Below are positions 62,601 to 64,000 of a stretch of DNA of 64,000 bases, piece by piece. Every line of letters begins with the position of its first letter. The first letter of the stretch is position 1. The notes beneath the pieces were generated by a model. It was not told the DNA's origin. It made no database searches and saw nothing but the letters and a program-made list of their open reading frames with translations. This stretch comes from Schmidtea nova (Eukaryota): assembly GCA_044892505.1 (NCBI GenBank), contig CM097883.1, forward strand, positions 228,966,001 to 229,030,000, in the 5' to 3' direction. The position numbers were made by a program, and so were the translations under genes.

Positions 62601-63985
62601 TTTTCTACTTCTTCCACTTTTTGATTCTGCTCTGTAGTTTCTACTTCCTGATTCACTTCTTCTTGTTTCTGCTCTTCATTTCTTTTCTCTTTAACTTCTA
62701 ACTCGTCTGACTCATCCTGCTGCTTCTCTTCCATCATTGCTCGCATCATGTTGATCCTTGGATTTCCCTTTTTTAACTGTTGTAACCGTTGCTGTCTGAC
62801 TTGTTCTTCCTCTCGTCGTATTCTGGCCCATTCTTGATTATGTTTCTGTTGACTCTCTCTGTTTTCTCTTTCGGCCTCAGCTTCTATTAACTGGATCATG
62901 TTTATCTTTGGTTGAGCAGCTTGCTGGCTTCCCTTTGCCATGCTTTCGATTATCTCGTGTAATCTGGATACCTCCTGTCTCAACTTAGCTTCTTTCATAC
63001 TAGCTTCGTTTGCACTGCTGTTTGGGTTGTTCCGTTGTTGACCTTGATTCCCATAGCTTGGTCGATTCCCGTAATTCGGTCTATTTCCACTGTTTGCCCA
63101 ACTTCTCTGTTGATTACAGTCTTTTGACATGTGTCCGGTTTTTCCACATGTGTAACACGTTTTCCCATAACATCGATTCTCTGAGTGACCTTTTTGTCCA
63201 CACAGTTTGCAGGCTACATTCTGAAAACAATCTTGTTGCCAATGTCCGTTCTTTCCACACGTCTGACATTGCCTATTCTGCCTGTCATTGTAACTGTTTC
63301 CTCCATTCGTGTTTACTGTGATATATCCATTATTTTTCCTCGCTGGCGGTTCTTTGAACAATCTCTGCGAATGGGGGATACTTTGATTCATGTTTCTTTT
63401 TCCTTGTTCTTCGTCTTCTGTTGTTTTTCCCATTACCGCCGTAATTCTCATGTCATTCATTGCCATATGCAATTCGAATAGGTTGGCTGCTTCCAACGCT
63501 TCATCTACTGTTTTACATCCTTTGCATCCCACTTGTGCTCTGATGTCAGGTCTCCTGAGACCTCGTACGAATAACGCTGTCATCAATTCTTCGTCTACTG
63601 GGCTTCCTCTATTGAATGCCAGTTTCGCCAACTTTCTTAATTCGCTTGCGTACACCGCATTTGACTCGTTTCTCCTTTGTTTTCTTGCTGAGAACTCATC
63701 TAACGCTTCGTTCAACACTTTATTTATCCCAAACGTCTGTTGGAAGAACTCCTTGATTGCTTCCCACGTTCTGGGTGGATTACTTCCCGATCTCTTCTCA
63801 ATATACAGATCCAATGCGCTATCTTTCAAGTATAGCGGGATTCGATTTGCTAACGTTTCTGCACTCCATCCGCATATATCCACGAATATGCCAAATTCCT
63901 TTAGAAACGTGTCCAATCTACTGGCGTCTCCATTGAATGGTTCGCCCTTGAATTTTTCTCTCAGATCCTCTCTGTGTTCACTCAT
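56450..63985 (-). CDS. gag: ORF1, 2511 aa: Gag, cargo domains, glycoprotein (env), aspartic protease N-terminal part
   Basis: Retrotransposon gag (PFNGD..FLKEF..W..LYLKDSALDLY..W..KQRRNES..Y..EL), three CCHC knuckles at 63116-63268, and MIDTGANIS near the C-terminus. Confidence 0.95.
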   Translation of the reverse strand: MSEHREDLREKFKGEPFNGDASRLDTFLKEFGIFVDICGWSAETLANRIPLYLKDSALDLYIEKRSGSNPPRTWEAIKEFFQQTFGINKVLNEALDEFSARKQRRNESNAVYASELRKLAKLAFNRGSPVDEELMTALFVRGLRRPDIRAQVGCKGCKTVDEALEAANLFELHMAMNDMRITAVMGKTTEDEEQGKRNMNQSIPHSQRLFKEPPARKNNGYITVNTNGGNSYNDRQNRQCQTCGKNGHWQQDCFQNVACKLCGQKGHSENRCYGKTCYTCGKTGHMSKDCNQQRSWANSGNRPNYGNRPSYGNQGQQRNNPNSSANEASMKEAKLRQEVSRLHEIIESMAKGSQQAAQPKINMIQLIEAEAERENRESQQKHNQEWARIRREEEQVRQQRLQQLKKGNPRINMMRAMMEEKQQDESDELEVKEKRNEEQKQEEVNQEVETTEQNQKVEEVEKETETEKETEKETNQEEEVRVKQRGMLVIMPNDHVWRFKYDVKEEVGRLFNKVNEMIPGVTKLPREAFLQTEDLPEVKLKMTDIWEDMGVTETKINVMIIREVEPEKIPPPVKHQTRISRIFKGKIRRRRLEEIDELEKRMGKAEVTGNENELIQEASKNEARPTAHIGMLRHPRQELSDEEDDSEVSSLAGDMLKEPENVDKKMEVVETIETMSVKEDEIQKLMDNALEVIHNEEFIDRKRYRKFIRAVWQMKYKEWLQEREVRVIQEFIEKLLKEPLNEYVIQIWINECSPRIWIRNPMTDGIYRWVEDRLGSSYKDKFIYSENGLVRKGTHMIDTGIWPGEITTLSICNTKKEENLQGIVKEANTCYEMRIKPQLVEAKERILAENLNTMIEQIIQQIKKHRKELTKSEYENLKQCIENIRDTSQTRHSNFKTDKLIAKMGKEMFKRGEVSDLKITVRLPNEETKQIEVIPDSKVGEIVDVINETILQREREDEFEDDIAIKYKEHLLNERDERRAYKIGIWDNYQTIHVIRMDDVPRITTKDEERRKKRQEDVMRKLRQIVEIYRNWQMKPEWETILGELDLNRRRLTPVEKQWDNKEKCWKVKRGVYEEDPEGEDRYERNTKRICMVTRRILPTDLDGPENAVIWAELEKQKTSELIELLRGNTRGKRQTIKGLAQFIISNGEDMTNLRKVAKAIAEYKRVNEWCPEQLDDVIKKWRNKEFAEETPQKIHLRIMYPNQRKEEFWVMLTEKVKSVKEKLMYELPFHLQHQGRSLDNNLEIWLTPVQLDLMNTLTVAQIVGQPLKFKEEKKAKGSMSTPSPMKSTMTPGTSSGQARTTPIKTRERTPPEAYDVDEILTDSDEAIEELTKLTQKPTANIFDRIIEMPITSPAEIDDQGVEQEVVIEMVNDSEDEQEQPQFTQEMERWLEQRANEGRDVTEETGRATRFVETGTGMEKRPRGRPKIDPATTIPKTREERRQEQWEICLKKLDKIAEIRGKEENQVCQGEEWLTKTIMDVLAIIDPELKNLWRINEPSTKARMLHNAIAPIMPELIKAKTKSNHLDWQGTTMLIKRLLNGAETDSKYLVAISYTIYNLLTLSRGSPKSSPMGRHIKNTAMIIEKEIEPYILRKGGWEKFIKENQTKEGSNVMRKKLEGVLREMENRQTMQGNGRSTLNLNSIIMMMLVWLLSTEGVTTFEVFDCDQMKLGEKYSLRGTEQCKDATPVELKEIKKEQWYHVYQEAELIKTMVNECKVQKTRFAFYCGRGHYSAIVMPGTEREPIVLQGEDCEALFKHGEVTTRDKIKIKGKPGMMLQQTYYVAGRITGGEGYCQGETYPIFGVPATNLVVMDTYIVELKSYEAFFEPTTGEMKTLSMCKIDRSMCQTGMSTLVYKPKVNECQLQLLQGAKFDEIQGKTFQEEDDDDKARAKHLKEALENKRQLRPDHREKRIEMRATPTVLITTNQDVGMRFIKGKATLKCSTTVYETNYPGIYVSKQEVPNAKPKIDTMDIKLHLYVNNKMDFLFHRGQASLQKVYYDLINNDCILNREILKTKLAVAITNPDSAMPLLPLREGHFGRVVGEAMYVYICEKTHASLAATTQLKPGQCTNELEIDYKGKVRYVQPVTRIINPPSFEPNPFNCSNAYGPLYQKPDGKWVMFPGRTEVLAPREFELMQLSKDRQFSDVDVSNNGIYSPKDLEAARQNILFPARREALLSNIVTITGGTNYREGPNYELLLSPAHFKKATENMMKAMWGRFLIFGQMMAGILGVILIIQIVRVIITQMLACFDIYKREKKVNWKMVVGFLPFLAKTMVLHGHSKDIHRIKRLLKILAKMKGTNEDVGRKFKKIMQDEQARRQLKKERKGLWERVRGYRTQDDSSNDDDDDDDRGGQANINQIPQYNEKSAVENWRYSAPPQSMYNEPIYKAKPNMMQMMPMTSIYPIIPEGCKVKRGGSVNSLEDTHTIAVMSTNMGPILTTTIEINGREIEAMIDTGANISAIDINYIPEKNQGEIEKTNVHVIACSQETVEVAGRWFVKIKHRGAEINTYIV
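57100..59070 (-). other. env: Chuvirus-like (Jingchuvirales-type) glycoprotein embedded in ORF1
   Basis: Internal signal peptide SIIMMMLVWLLSTEG, then FDC..SL..C, CKV..R..YCG..HYS, AG..G.CQG, YVNNK..LY..L..C..NR..LK..LA..NP, GEA.Y..C, C..EL..Y..QPVTRII, then WGRFLIFGQMMAGILG TM. This Cys and motif spacing is typical of chuvirus G. Confidence 0.85.
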
Positions 63986-64000
63986 CCCGATTCCACTGTC

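Larger units (their letters stand above)
41840..64000 (-). mobile_element. Giant env-bearing Ty3/Gypsy LTR retroelement (>22 kb, 5' end outside the window)
   Basis: Gag, PR, RT, RNase H, IN in Gypsy order, plus a glycoprotein and many cargo domains. All ORFs are on one strand with shared A-rich composition. Putative 3' LTR present. Confidence 0.95.

Noticed and set aside
45150-63500. Numerous + strand ORFs antisense to the giant element
   Set aside because: Low-complexity F/L/S-rich shadows of the A-rich coding strand with no motifs; treated as artefacts.
63984-64000. ACA-G-TGGAATCGGGAT as LTR end plus primer-binding site
   Set aside because: It does not match an 18-nt tRNA 3'-end complement I can recognise and conflicts with the inferred LTR end; flanking sequence is needed.

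Overview
This is eukaryotic, very AT-rich metazoan genomic DNA; a planarian-like flatworm host is a guess only. The left two-thirds holds a head-to-head gene pair: exon 1 of Rab3 (- strand) and a multi-exon USP48-like deubiquitinase (+, ~1533-27974). Its introns and the downstream flank are packed with Tc1/mariner, hAT, piggyBac and pogo-type remnants, two solo LTRs and a 49-bp minisatellite. They also carry a Penelope fragment whose terminal repeat contains a minimal U3-A8 hammerhead-ribozyme core; this repeat recurs as fold-back palindromes beside the assembly gaps. The right third (~41840 to >64000, - strand) is a giant, virus-like Ty3/Gypsy LTR retroelement of more than 22 kb, cut off by the window edge. 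It encodes what looks like one ~4,960-aa polyprotein, broken by a single 1-nt frameshift inside the protease. The domain order is Gag(3xCCHC) - Ubl x2 - Bcl-2-like - internal signal peptide + chuvirus-type glycoprotein - protease - RT - RNase H - integrase - ankyrin repeats - 4 FN3-like repeats - TM. Six same-strand accessory ORFs follow: a full TRAF, two coiled-coil proteins, a type I membrane protein and two Arg-rich ORFs inside the putative 3.2-kb LTR. Every accessory ORF has a YAG splice-acceptor-like triplet 1-7 nt before its ATG, and a recurring (R/K)I(N/C)M-type motif falls at polyprotein domain junctions. All domain calls come from motif recognition by eye and need HMM or structure confirmation.
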